Assembly: GCF_009914755.1 (NCBI RefSeq) | Contig: NC_060932.1 | Length of the DNA stretch: 64,000 bases | Strand: one strand, 5' to 3' | Source: the human T2T-CHM13v2.0 reference genome, Homo sapiens | Shown here: piece by piece, positions 18,064 through 34,448 of the stretch | Numbering within the stretch: the first letter of the stretch is position 1 | Layout: every line of letters begins with the position of its first letter | Notes under the pieces: model-generated | What the model was told of the DNA's origin: nothing | The model's input: only the letters and a program-made list of their open reading frames with translations | Database searches by the model: none | Position numbers and translations under genes: made by a program

Positions 18064-18215
18064 GTGAGGGCCAGAGAGCAGCTTCTCCTGTTACCCGGCA
18101 GGTTACCTGCGCCTGGAGTAACGTGCTCCCTGCTTGGTGCTACCCTGTTTTCCTGGAAAATGGGTACTTTCTTCTTCTCGATGGGCATCAGTTTAAGCAA
18201 CGATGAAGGGCTCAT

Positions 18216-18545
<330 letters not shown>

Positions 18546-18714
18546 TGAAGGATTTTTTTATTTTAATTTTTCTGACTAAGAGCTAATTTGTTTTTTAAAC
18601 TGATAGCTATTTCTTCCTTTTATAAGCTTTTGAATGTTTGTTTGTTTGTTTTTGGCACTCTCTTCCAAGAATGTTTGAAGACCTGCATTTGAAGGCAGAT
18701 TGCCTTTTTGCTTT

Positions 18715-18997
18715 AAAACAGGGTTGCACCATGTTGCCCAGGCTGGAGTGCAGTGGTGCAATCATAGCTCACTGCAGCCTCAACTCCTCCCAGGCTCAAG
18801 CAACCCTCCCACCTCAGCCTCCTGAGAAGCTGGGGCTACCAGCATGTACCGCCACACCCAGCTAATGTTAAAAATTTTTTGTAGAGATGAGGGTCTTGCT
18901 GTTTTGCCCAGGCTGATCTTAAACTCCTGGCCTCAAGTGATCCTCCTGCCTTTGCCTCCTGTGCTGGGATTACAGGCGTGAGCCACCATGCCGGGCC
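18715..18997 (-). mobile_element. AluJ
   Basis: atcatagctcactgcagcctcaactcc J-type. Confidence 0.9.
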
Positions 18998-19618
18998 TGA
19001 AGACAGACTCTGAGAATTCATAAAAACCTCACAGCATTTTGTACTCTTATGTATATAAATTATCTAGGTTGCTCTTCATAATCCTGTAAAGTAACAAGAG
19101 CCATACCGGCCCATTTTACAACTGAAAAGCACAGACACTTATTTCCTTAATCAAGGTCAGACAGCAAATTAGTGGAAAAGCCAAGGCCAGAACCCAGGTC
19201 TTCTGATTTTACTAGTGCAGCCTTCTTTCCCCAGGGGACACATTGACATTTACAACACTCATCTTTATTTTTTTTTTAATACTGCTTTCTATCCAGCCAA
19301 TTATTAGTCTGTCTTTTAATAATTCATCCAAATCTCTTCTGAATCATTGCATAACTTTGTACAGTTTCCACCCACAGTGTCTTTTACTTTTATTTTTGGA
19401 AGTAACTGTTTTTAAAAGTTACTGTTATTTTTAAAAGTGTGCCTTCCCCAGAAATCAGGGAGTTACCCATGTCCTAGAACTCCACGGTGAAGAGAACAGC
19501 CTGTGCCCATCGTGTTTGCCTGATTGATCCTACCTCTTGTCTCTCGGGGAAACACAGGAGACTCAGGGAAGAGGAAAAGTGTAGAGTCATTGCAGCCTTG
19601 TTATTTGTCAATGCATCT

Positions 19619-20233
<615 letters not shown>

Positions 20234-20999
20234 GTGCATTTTTAAAAGTGTGTCTGATGCTGAAAAGTTTGAAGTCTAGGCACGTCCCAGTGGGTCCTCT
20301 TTATACCATCCCCTCTGCAAACCATTATCCTAAATTGGGGTTTGGGGGAGAGAAGAGTGACAGTGGAAAGAAGTCTCCACCTCCCAGCTGTGCCCTGGTA
20401 GTTCCAGGGGACCCGGAGGCTCCCCACACCCACCACCCCGCCTCAGATCACCTTTCACTTTCTTTGTTTCTCCTCCCTTGACTTTTCAGCTCAGAAAGTA
20501 CCTGGCTCTCCAATGCCTTCTGAGGAAAGTTTACCCGAGGTTCACATTGCAAGACTCATTAAAGCTCTTTAGTGTTTTCCACCCGAGAAAAAATTCAAGG
20601 GAAAAATGAAGACAAAAGCAGGGCATTCTTAATGGATATTTTATCTTAAGGAGAAATGAAAATGGAGATGGAAGAGGGGGCACAAGGATGGGGTTTGAAT
20701 CTAGACTCGTTCAGCCTTTACCTCCGATAGAGAACCTCATACAGCTTTTCTGGACTTCTGGCTGATAAAGAGCCGTGGAGGGTTCCTTGGATAAAAAAGG
20801 TTGAAGGGGGTCTGTCCTGTGGTGGCTTACTTGAAGGTATTACTGGGTTTGACTTATGGAGTAAGAGACGGAGTCAGTTTCCCCACAGGCTGAGGCAGTC
20901 TGTCCTCATGCTTTTCTAGGGCACTGTGGTCTCCCAGGCTCATACCTAGGTGCACACACAGGTTTCTGCATCTAGCTTTGTATCTCTATGAGTCGGTCA

Positions 21000-21170
21000 A
21001 TCAATAAATCTATCTATCATCTGTCTACTGATCTATCATCTATCTATCTAGCTAGCTATCATCTCTCTATCATCTATCTATGTATCTATCATCTCTCTCT
21101 ATATATGTGTGTATATATATATATATGTATATATATATTTCTATCCTTCCATCTACTTACCTATCTATCA
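21000..21170. repeat. Degenerate (TCTA)n/(TA)n low-complexity tract
   Basis: Direct inspection. Confidence 0.85.
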
Positions 21171-21521
21171 AAATTTTTTTCCGTTGATAATATTCTCGGG
21201 CCCCAGTTTATGTTTAATTGTTTTGGTAATGCCTTTCTTTGCACAGTCAGTTTACAGAGGTTATTTTATATTCTATATGTATGTGTGGTCCAGCGTTGTA
21301 ATTTTCACATATATTGCACCGTGTACTCATAAGCAGTATTTCCACTGGGTCATTAACAGAAAGATATGTGTGCGGCATATGAATGTGCATCACTCAGGTA
21401 ATTCAAGCTTGGTTCCCAGATCATTTCTGTACCACAGGATTGCCGAAATAAAAGACAACCATGGTTATTTCCTCTGCTGCAAGCTTTCTAGAATATGCTA
21501 TTTGTCTGGATTTATATCTGA

Positions 21522-21644
<123 letters not shown>

Positions 21645-22441
21645 TAAGGAAGGAAGAGAATGCTTTGAATTTCCATAACTTTCCCCCAGGAAACACCCAG
21701 GCTTTTTTTTATAATTAGGGAAGTTCATATTTATGGTCTGCCGTATGGTTCCAAAGAAGGGGTGAGCTTGACCAAAAATTCAAATATCACAGGCCCCAGA
21801 AGTTTCCTCTTAATCCATTCTGAACACATTGGCTCAGACCATTTTGTCTTGTTTGTTTCCACATGACGTGTGAATTTCTCAACCTGACCTTCAAGCTCCT
21901 GCAAAATCAGCTTTTATTTGTTCTTTCTCTTCAAACTGTTTATTCCCTAAGATGCCCTCCATTCATATCAGGTTAAAACCAGTTGGCTTTGATAAGTAAT
22001 CATTATATAATGATCAGAAGAGAATGATTATGGATGAATTCAGAGCAGATGCTCCAGGTGGGTTGGATTGAGAATTTGATTAATAATTCCATCTATTCCA
22101 CCAAAGTCACATCATTCCTTTGACAGTTGGGCTGGGAATAGGGGCATTTGTCTACAGAAGGAATAGCATGAGATTTTAACAAACAAGAAATTCAACAAAT
22201 AGAATTAGACAGATGATCTGAGATGTTAAATTTTCCTTTCACCTTAATTTTTGCAGCCAAATTTATTTCAGCTCTAGATGAAAGAGACAGCACTTTCTTT
22301 TGTGGCTGACTACAACAGCTGAAGATTCACTGAGGTTTGATATGAGGAAGAACTTCCTCAGCCATGGGATTGCCAGAGGCGATGATGGGAATCTACTTAA
22401 AAGGGTTACATATTTAGTAGACAGCCTAGATTTTAAGACTA

Positions 22442-22746
<305 letters not shown>

Positions 22747-23071
22747 TTATGTGCCCCATTGGAAGAAGTGAGATTCGGCCATCTCATCTCTCTCGGGAGC
22801 TCTGAGCCCTGGAGTTTTATGTTTTCTGCAATTATGAATTGTGATCCTTGATTAATTATGCTTTAATAATAAAATGGGTGACTACTGAAAGCTGCTGAAT
22901 CTGGGTAAGAATTTGGATGAAAAAAATAATAAATATATGTGCGTAATTTATTCTGTTCAAGGTACTGAATATTGAATAAGCTGGATTTATTACTCAAAGA
23001 GAAAGACAGAATAAGAGAAGGTTGAAGGGAAAAATGACTGTACTAGAATGGTAGTCAAAAATGCAACAACA

Positions 23072-23389
<318 letters not shown>

Positions 23390-23796
23390 GCTATTAATAG
23401 CTTCCTAGGGAGTAAGAGTGAAGGGCTAGTTTAATTCCAGAGATGCGGACACAGTCCTGGGTCTCACCAATTATTCTGCTTGGTAATTACCTTTTGAAGC
23501 CTTTTAATATGCCTAACACAGAGCTAAGTGCTATGAAGAAATGAAAGAAATAGAAGCAAAGTACTCCCCATGTGGTTAAATAACAAGACACTACATGACA
23601 AATGTCAAAGAGTGACTCAAACAATATGTCCTTTAGAATTTCAGAGAAATGACATCAATGCAGGCTTTACAAGTCAGTAAAAATCTTGGTGATGAGGCAG
23701 AACTTGATGTAAGGCAAATCCTAAAAGTTGAGTAGGAATCAACTAGCTAGAATAAAATGTGGGGTTGTGGTAAATACAAAAATGTAAGATGAGTGA

Positions 23797-24110
<314 letters not shown>

Positions 24111-24389
24111 TAATAATATATTAAGATGGCCACAGGCCAAATATTCTGGGGCTGGAATGTGAGTGGAAATGTCGCTCACCCTTTATCACATAGCACCCCA
24201 TAGTCCAGCCACAACTTGCAGAATTCAAAGTAAGTGTGGATGTGTGTGTGCCTGCAGTGCCTTGCACACAAGTGTGCATGCCTGTGGACATGTGACCCTA
24301 GAAGTTATTAATATATCTGGTTTACAAACTGAATTGTTCTTTTATTTTTTTTCTCTCTTGGTGGTCATCAATAACTGAAATTGGGCTAG

Positions 24390-24404
24390 ATTCCTGGAAA
24401 TTGG
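24390..24404 (+). CDS. IDO2: IDO2 15-nt microexon 6 (G-FLEI-G)
   Basis: tag|ATTCCTGGAAATTGG|gtaagt; phase 2/2; supplies the FLEIG residues of recalled IDO2 between exons 5 and 7. Confidence 0.93.
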
Positions 24405-24720
24405 GTAAGTTCTCAGAAATCATTTACGCACTTTAGAATCCAGGCCAAATTTAAAATCTTACAATAAAACAAAGAACAAAGCATGCTAAATTATATGTAT
24501 AGTATAATATCAACCATATAAAATGCATAAAAAATATACTAGAAGGAAATGTGCCTAAAATTCACAGTCTAAAATTTAACAGTGATTGCCTCTTCCTTGT
24601 ATAGATAAGGGATTTTTTTTTACTGTATTTTCCAGTCTGTACATAATAAAACAAGTACTGTGCAATGCAAACAAAACAAAATGAAACTTTATCAAATTTC
24701 AGTAACTCCTTGAAGTTTAA

Positions 24721-25120
<400 letters not shown>

Positions 25121-25553
25121 TAGACTGGAGCTCATGGGGCAGGTCTGGTCCACACATCCTTAGGCTCCGCTTCTCCTGGAAAACAAAAATAGCCTCTGAT
25201 CCAGTGTTGCCTCTCCCATCACCAAACCTCAGCTTCTATCGCCAAACTCATCAAATAAGAGTGTCCAGTAGAAAAACTGGGCAGATGGGGGCACAGAAGG
25301 TGAAGACATCATTTCCCAAGCTAATGTTGCTGCTGGAACAATGTAAGTCTTGACTTTGTCTTGGTTTGGTTTGGTTTGACATTGGTTTGTTTTTCATCTT
25401 TGTCTCATGCTTAAAATGTGAAGGGCAAATATGATCCTTAGAGTTAAGGTTTTAGGTTTTGTAGATGTTTTACTCCATTTAAATGACAGCAGATCATTTA
25501 GAAATGATTCCTCTGTAACAGCCTTCCAGATCCCATTCGATTGTACAGCATTG

Positions 25554-25601
<48 letters not shown>
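25554..25601. repeat. (AGAT)12 tetranucleotide STR
   Basis: 12 perfect units. Confidence 0.95.
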
Positions 25602-25604
<3 letters not shown>

Positions 25605-25748
25605 CGGAATTTGGCCCTGTGTTCCCACCCATATCTCATGTCAAATTGTAACCCCCACATGTCAGGAGAGGGATCCAGTGGGAGGTGACAGGATCATGGG
25701 GTTGGATTTCCCCAATGCTATTCTCATGATAGTGAGTTCTCACAATAT

Positions 25749-25787
<39 letters not shown>

Positions 25788-26270
25788 GCAACAGAGTCTC
25801 ACTCTATCTCCCAGGCTGGAGTGCAGTGGTGTCATCTCGGCTCTCTGCAACCTCTTGCCTCAGTCTCTTGCGTAGCTGGGATTACAGGCATGCCCCGTCA
25901 TGCCCAGCTAATTTTTGTATTTTTAGTAGAGACGGAGTTTCACCATGTTGGCCAGGCTGATCTCGAACTCCTGACCTCAGGTAATCTGCCTACCTCGCTC
26001 TCCCAAAGTGCTGGAATTACAGGCGTGAGCCACTGTGCCTGGCCAGTTCTCACAAGATCTGATGGTTTAAAAGTGTGGCACTTCCCCCACCTCCTGCCGC
26101 CATGTAAGATGCTTGCTTACCCTTCCACCATGATTGAAAAGTTTCATGAGGCCTCCTAGCCATGCTTCCTGGTAAGCCTAAGGATCTCTGAGTCAATTAC
26201 ACCTCGTTTCTTTATAAATTACCCAGTCTCAGGTATTTTTTTATAGCAGTGTAAGAATGAACTAATACAC
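25605..26270 (+). mobile_element. MST-type MaLR LTR split by an Alu
   Basis: tttggccctgtgttcccacccatatctcatgtcaaattgtaa...tataaattacccagtctcaggtat...actaataca. Confidence 0.8.
25752..26044 (-). mobile_element. Alu with a small internal deletion and (TTA)n tail
   Basis: TSD agttctcacaa(t/g)atct, inside the MST LTR. Confidence 0.93.
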
Positions 26271-26765
26271 ACATAAACAGATTAGAGGCAGCACTGGCCT
26301 GAGTTGTGAAACTCTTCCCAGCCTGGTCCTGCGATTAGCTGGCTATATGACCTTGGACAAGCTGCTTTGCTTCTCTGGGCCATGGTTTCATACCTGCAAA
26401 AAAAAGAGCATGGACTTGGCTGTTGCCTGGGTCTCTCTAGCCCTGTGGAGAATCAGCTACATCTCTTACTAGGAACTTCTCATTCAGCCAGTTATTCCAC
26501 TGCGGAGATGGTCCAGGACCATTAGGGCCATGCTAGACATTGGGAGGCTGCCTGTCAGGTGAACATGAAATTGAACTTATCTGTTCTCTTTCCTCCCTGA
26601 ATGTTGCTGAAGGTAGATGCCCATCCTCAGGGCTGTCTTACGGAGAGGAGAAAGTTGTGCAGTGATTCCACCCTGCAGTTATCTAACTCGGCAGGGAACT
26701 CTGGGCAGTGAGTACTCACGGTACAGTCTCCACACCTCTAATCATGTGCTCCTCTCCTTCCCAAG

Positions 26766-26865
26766 GAACCTGGAGACCATCATCTCATTTCCTGGGGGAG
26801 AGAGCCTGCATGGTTTTATACTGGTGACTGCTTTGGTAGAGAAAGAAGCAGTGCCTGGGATAAAG
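26766..26865 (+). CDS. IDO2: IDO2 coding exon 7 ([33 protein letters not shown])
   Basis: pyrimidine tract + aag|G ... AAG|gtatct; 100 nt; frame continuous. Confidence 0.97.
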
Positions 26866-27345
26866 GTATCTTCTCACTTGATAGCACCTTTTCTTTTTAA
26901 ATGAGCTTGAGCTTTACTTCCCACTCAGTGCCTTTCCTGCAGTGGATTTCTCAACACAAATGAACATAGACCTTGTCCTGCTTAGTTCAAGTCTGAGAGA
27001 AGAGATCTAAGCTCTAGGCCACCATATTTGCTCCCTTTTCTCAATTCCTATAAAACTCGGAATGGACCTTTTGTCCATTCAACAAACAGGCATTGGTTTG
27101 GGCAATGGGAAATTGGATCGAACAAGACAGACATTTTCCCAGCCCTGACAGAAGCTTATGATGGATACAGTGGATGAAGATGGATTAACGTGGATTACAG
27201 GTGTGAGCCACTGCACCGGGCCTCAAACTGGAAATTCTTCAGGAGTCAGACAGGTATCAGGAAGGCTGGATAGAAGACAAAAGACAGTGATGCAGCTTGT
27301 GATCAACTACAGCGTTAATGCCTTGCCTAAAAATATTTCAGTTAG

Positions 27346-27611
<266 letters not shown>

Positions 27612-27883
27612 AACACTACCTCCCTTGATAAGCATATGTTGAGCACCTACTGGTCCTCAATAGGGTGACCCATTTCTGCTATATTATAGCGCTTTCTTTC
27701 TCTCTCAGTAGTTAAACTCCATGGTTACTTTAGTTCTCATCCATGTGTTTAGTCCATTAGAAGATACAGAGTCAAATATCGGCCTTCCAAGTGTAGTTCA
27801 GATGAAGTAGAGACTCAAGGAAGACAAGGAAGTCTTCCCAGCAGAGGGGATTCTAGAGCTGGGGGCTCTGTAGAATCTGTCTG

Positions 27884-28243
27884 TGTATTAGTCCATTTTC
27901 ACACTGTTATAAACATACTACCTGAGACTGGGTAATTTATAAAGGAAAGAAGTTTAATTGACTCATAGTTCTGCATGGATGGGGAGGCCTCAGGAAACTT
28001 ACAGCCATGGAGGAAAGTGAAGGGGAAGCAAGAACCTCTTCACGAGGCAGCAGGAGAGAGAGCAAAGGGGGGAGCTGCCAAACACTTTTATACAATCAGA
28101 TTTTGTGAAAACTCTCCCTCGTATCATGAGAACAGTATGGGAGAGCCCACCCCCATAATTCAATCACCTCCCACCAGGTCCCTCCATCAGCCTGTGGGGA
28201 TTACCATCCAAGATGAGATTTGGGTGGGGACACAGATTTCAAC
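27884..28243 (-). mobile_element. MSTA/THE1-type MaLR LTR
   Basis: tgtattagtccattttcacactg...gatgagatttgggtggggacacag. Confidence 0.85.
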
Positions 28244-28615
28244 ACAGATTTAAATCTGACTTTATATGAGAGCTTCGGAGCAAGGATGCCCCAGTTGGAG
28301 ATGCAGTAGAACTGATCATAACGTGACAAATCCGAGAGAAGAAGAGTAAAATAATAGTACTCAGGCCCTTGGGAGGTGCAAGAAGTAACAGCCAGATGAA
28401 ATTCCAGAAACACTTACCTAGGGGTCTGTCTGGGAGGTCCCCAGGGAGCTTCTGGCTGTCAGGCCAACCCCACAGTGGATCTAGCTTAGGACGTTCCCAG
28501 GAAGCTCTGACAAACTGTCCGGTCCTCCCCTGGGTTCCAACAGTATGAGGCTTACTCTGCCTGCATGGACTTTAAGGGAGTGCTAATAAGTTGTGTACAT
28601 GCATCTCATCCCTAG

Positions 28616-28733
28616 GCTCTTGTTCAGGCCACGAATGCTATCTTGCAGCCCAACCAGGAGGCCCTGCTCCAAGCCCTGCAGCGACTGAGACTGTCTATTC
28701 AGGACATCACCAAAACCTTAGGACAGATGCATG
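28616..28733 (+). CDS. IDO2: IDO2 coding exon 8 (ALVQATNAILQ...LGQMH)
   Basis: tag|GCT ... CATG|gtaaga; 118 nt; frame continuous. Confidence 0.97.
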
Positions 28734-29242
28734 GTAAGATGCTTCCGAAGCTCCTGAAGGATCCCCCAGGGGTCCTGGGCTCTGCTTAGGGGAAGAGGGC
28801 CTGGGGACCAGGCATGTCCTGAAGGGGGTGATAATACATTCATCCACCAGATGACGCTGGTGGACTATCTTTGTTTTAGGTTAAACACATATTATCTTGG
28901 AGAGCTATTGTCACAGCTTTGTATTCTCCCTCTCCTTTATATTCTCCCGTGATTAAGATGGTTTCCCTTCTGCAGTGGCCAGATATTTCTTAGGCATGTT
29001 GAGGTCTTGCCTGAAGCTTGAGAGGAGGGGATGGGATGCACAGTAATGTTGGTCGCGCGTGCCCCATCCTGCAGTGTTAGGTACTGCAGAGCAGGTTGTC
29101 TACACTCTGTAATGCCCCTTTTATTCTAACCCCCTGTGTTGGTTCCTGAGATGTCTGACCTTGGTTTTAAGCCTTGTCTAATGGATGGCCTGTATTCCCT
29201 TTCTGTAGCTAGGGCAGGCTGATTTGTCAAAGGTAGGAAAGT

Positions 29243-29692
29243 TGTCAGAATCAAAATGGAGTCACTTGTGTTGAATAAAAATTTTTAAACCTTGACAAAT
29301 AGAGCTGGGGAAGGCTACAAAGAGAGAGCTCCCGTGTATAAATGCCTGATAACAAAATCTTTTCCAAAGGACTGAAAAAATCACCACCTTGCACAAAGGC
29401 CATCACAACCTTACATACACAAAAAAATACTTACACAACGACATCTGCCCAGCAACTGCCTTTCCAACATTGGCCTTGTGCCACCCTTTTTATTGATGCT
29501 CATAGCCAAGGTTAATGATCTCAAAACAGTTACATAATTGTCCTCATTTTTCCTTTAAAAACCTTTGTCTTCCTTTATCTTTCTGAATACCCACATGGTT
29601 TATTATGGCACATGTATTCCCATTGCAATGCCCTATTCCAGAATAAATATCAGTTTCCATTAGGGAGCCTCTCCCTGTTAATCTGCTTAACA
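29243..29692 (+). mobile_element. MER34-like ERV1 LTR
   Basis: tgtcagaatcaaaatggagtcac...accttgcacaaaggccatcacaaccttac...aataaa...taaca. Confidence 0.6.
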
Positions 29693-30419
29693 CAGGCATG
29701 GTCAGTTACGGGGCCCAACCTTCCTGGACCGGTTACATCTTATTCTGGTTACTGCATTCAGTTTCCAACATCTGGGAGGCTCTTCAAATTCTTCTCTCAG
29801 AGGAATCTGAAGAATGTATGTGTTTAGGAGGATGTGAGAGAGGGGTGTGGTTTCTTAACAAGAGAATATCAGAGTCTAAGTATCATTTTCCCTGAATCTT
29901 GCTTCCCTGCAGGAAAGAAAGATTCTGGGAAAAGAGAGTGTTTACAAGAAGCAGGACTGGAGGGAGGGAGAAAGACGCTAGGTACTGCCAAGCTTTATTA
30001 TCTTGTATTAAAAAAGTAAATATAATTTGTCATCCCAGCCTCTCAGCACTAGTAGAAATCTATCTGAAGTCACAGGATTAGGTATTATCCACTTCCTGGT
30101 TTTATAGTTTATATTTGTATTTTCTCTATTTCCTTGAATTTTAATTTTAAAGCCCTCATGATCACATCAGTAGGTCTTCTGCCAAACAGCTCCCTTAAGT
30201 TGTATGGTGGCTTTGCCAAGCTGAAATGAGATGAGATGTGTTTTAGCTTTGCCAAGAAAGCCTGAGTCCATCACTTAGGATAGCAAGGCTATTAGGGAGA
30301 TAGTGCAGGTGTCTTCAGATCACATGGATGAGCAAAAGGAAGCAATTTTGGAAGATTATGAGAAACCTTCCAACAGGTCCCAGTGTACATAGCAGTAAGA
30401 TGGTGCATGCAGTGTCTAA

Positions 30420-30763
<344 letters not shown>

Positions 30764-30964
30764 TCAGACTCACTTTTTAGGCCCAGGCCAACCTGCTGTG
30801 TTCTCCTGCTCAGCCTCTGCAGGAGGTCTCATCGTCTAAGGAGGTCCCAGGGCTACCGCCCTTGTTTTCTCAAAAGGCACATTTTCCCACACAGACATAA
30901 TTTCGTTTCAGTGTTTTACTCCTAGTCACATTCATCTATATGGAGAAATAGCTGAATGGATTGG

Positions 30965-31475
30965 ACTGTGTTTTCTAAAGATGGCCCCATGCCATCCTGC
31001 GCGCTCCTCCACAGCGTGGCCTGGGCATTCCTTTCGACCAGGGGTGGACTCTGTGCCCCTACTTGTGATGTACGTGTTGCCAATAGAATGTAGTATAGGG
31101 GATAGCACAGACTTCTGAGGCAAGACTAGAAGAGGTGATGCAGGTTTAACCTTGTGTCCTGAGCCACTAGGTAAAAAGTCCACCTACCCTGAGATCACTC
31201 TGCTGTGCAAACGACACAGGCAAACCACATCAAAGAGCCATGTGGGTTCTCCAGTTGGCTTCTGCCCAGGAGTGAAGGTGCCCTCAGATGGTTCTAGGCT
31301 CCCATCCCAACTTATGTCCTGTCTTGAAGTCTTCCCAACTGAGGCACCAGCCACTGTGGAGCAGAGACAAGCCATTGCCATCTTGTCCTGCCCAGATTCC
31401 CCATCAACAGAATATAGTGGTTTTTTCACACCCCTATGTTTGGAGTGGTTTCTATGCAGCAATAGTAACCACAAG
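30965..31475 (+). mobile_element. Old MLT1 MaLR LTR
   Basis: aaagatggcccc...ccaatagaatgt...gacttctgaggc...tttctatgcagcaatagtaacc. Confidence 0.6.
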
Positions 31476-32621
31476 AAATAAAGTTATAAAAATAGTAACA
31501 AACACTAGAAACTGCAAGATTTAAGGAATCACCTGAATGCTCCAGTCATTGTCTCTGGTTTGTAATGATAAACTTTCTTCTGCGTGATAAATAGAGCTTG
31601 GCTGGACTTTTTCCCTCTGCTTCCATTCCCCAAAATGGAGCGTACCAAACAATTGCTTCTTTCAGAGCCCAGCTTTAGCAAGAGTCATGAGCTCTAATCC
31701 CTTCATCCATAAATACTTCCTTTCCAGGCACGTAGAGCCCTTCACACTCAGGGCTGAGTAGAAAATGCCTGTTGCAGACTGCAGTGGCGTTTTGGAGAGC
31801 CACCCTCCTGGTACCTGAGTCACTAGTCCTTTGCCCAGCTTTTCTCAGTTTTGTAAAGCGCTCACTTCTGAGTGGAAGACAGAACCAGCCCGGTCTATTT
31901 TCATAATCTGCCCCCATAAGGCAGAAGTCCACACGGTACTGGAAACATAACCATATCTATGTCAGTCTGCCACTGCCTGCCGCCTGTCAACCGTGCGTGT
32001 CTGCATCCAGTCCTTCTTTGGAGCTGCTTTCCAGCGACTCAGCCAGATCTGAGCTTTCTGACTCATTGGAAGGTTAAACTATTTTCAGACTTTCAAGTGT
32101 TGAGATTATTAAGACATGTGTTTTTTTTTTTCTTCTTTTTTTGGCATGCTTACTGATCGCCCCTGTTCTCTAGGAAGTAATGTTCTTCTTGGAAAAGGTG
32201 AAGGATATTTTTCTCCCCAAAAAGCCATGGAAATGTTTGCCTTTATTTACTTCCAAATTAACAGAATTTCCAGCTTTTGCTTGACCCATCGGCGCATTGG
32301 CAGCGTTAAGAATTTTTTCTTTTAGCAGTAATGAGGAGTCGAAGGGTTTCTTCCTAACCATTTAGTGTATGCATTTAAATCAGGTTTCTTTTTGAGTAAA
32401 TTGGGGCTAAGCTGTAGTGTGAACTTCTGCTACTGTTCCTTTCTCATTAGTTCACTTGATTTCATGGAAGGAATTTTCCATCTCAGCCTGTGAACTTATT
32501 TTGTCTAAACTCAATTGGAAAGTAATTAACACTGAGATTCTTCTTTAATAAATTCTGTATGATAATAAAATCATACAAACATCTCTTTATTTTTCTTTTT
32601 GACCTAGAAAAGATGTTCACA

Positions 32622-32920
32622 GGCCAGACCTGGTGGCTGAAGCCTGTAATCCCAGCACACTGAGAGGAAGAGGCGGGTGGATCACATGAGGTCAGTCCGA
32701 GGGCAGGGTAGCCAACGTGGTGAAACCCCATCTCTAGTAAAAACACAAAAATTAGCTGGGCATGGTGGCACATGCCTGTAATCCCAGCTACTCAGGAGGC
32801 TGAGGCAGGAGAATCACTTGAACCTGGGAGATGGAAGTTGCAGTGAGCCTAGATCCTGCCACTGCACTCCAGCCTGGGCGACAGAGTGAGACTCTGTCCC
32901 CAAAAAAATAAATAAATAAA
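32622..32920 (+). mobile_element. Alu
   Basis: TSD aaaagatgttcaca. Confidence 0.95.
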
Positions 32921-33139
32921 AGATGTTCACAATATATTGTTAAGTGAAAAAAGCAGGCTACATAACTTGCATAATATGAGTGCATTTTAATAAAAATATA
33001 CATATTTAGCAAAATAAAAGGACAAATGGTATTTATTAAAATATTTACGTTGATTATTTCAACACAGAGGATGATAGTTGATTTTGCTTAATTTCTTCCC
33101 TCCTTCTTTTCAATTTGAATTTTCTATAATGAAAATTGT

Positions 33140-33449
<310 letters not shown>

Positions 33450-33967
33450 ACTGATTATTTTTTAAATAGGGTTAGAAAGTGAGGAAGTTACTAAACTCCG
33501 ATTAGCCCAAATATGCCCCAGTGGGTCCTTCTGGCAGAGTAAATGTCTCGGTTCAGCCTGAATCTGGGAAATTGTTCCTACCTTATAAACTGGAGTATCC
33601 TTCAGAAATGACATTTACTCAAACTTCCTTTTAGGCAGACTGCATAATAGCAATTTTTAATATTAACCATTTAAAAAAAACCTTCAGATTAATTAACACC
33701 AAAAGAATAATTGGGAAAATACAACTCCTCACTTTAAAAAAGAAACAACCAAAGTAAATACTAAAAAACTATATGATGTTATATTATCTAAGCTTAGTTT
33801 ACTGCAAAGATTAAGAGCACACTACTAGTTGACGGCCTCTATTCACACTGTTCATAGCCCTCGCTCGCTTCTCCAGCCATTCACTCACTCATGCAAAAGG
33901 TCTGTACACACAATGATGCCTGATGGTATAATAGGAACCTTAACATTTCAATTAAAAGGCAAAATGA

Positions 33968-34390
<423 letters not shown>

Positions 34391-34448
34391 TAGTCTCTAA
34401 CTCCTGACCTCAAGTGATCCACCTGCCTCGGCCTCCCAAAGTGCTGGG

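Noticed and set aside
24391-24399. TTCCTGGAA GAS/STAT motif in the microexon (also near 18150 and 44686)
   Set aside because: 9-bp motifs occur by chance at this frequency, and this one is constrained by coding sequence; no supporting context.
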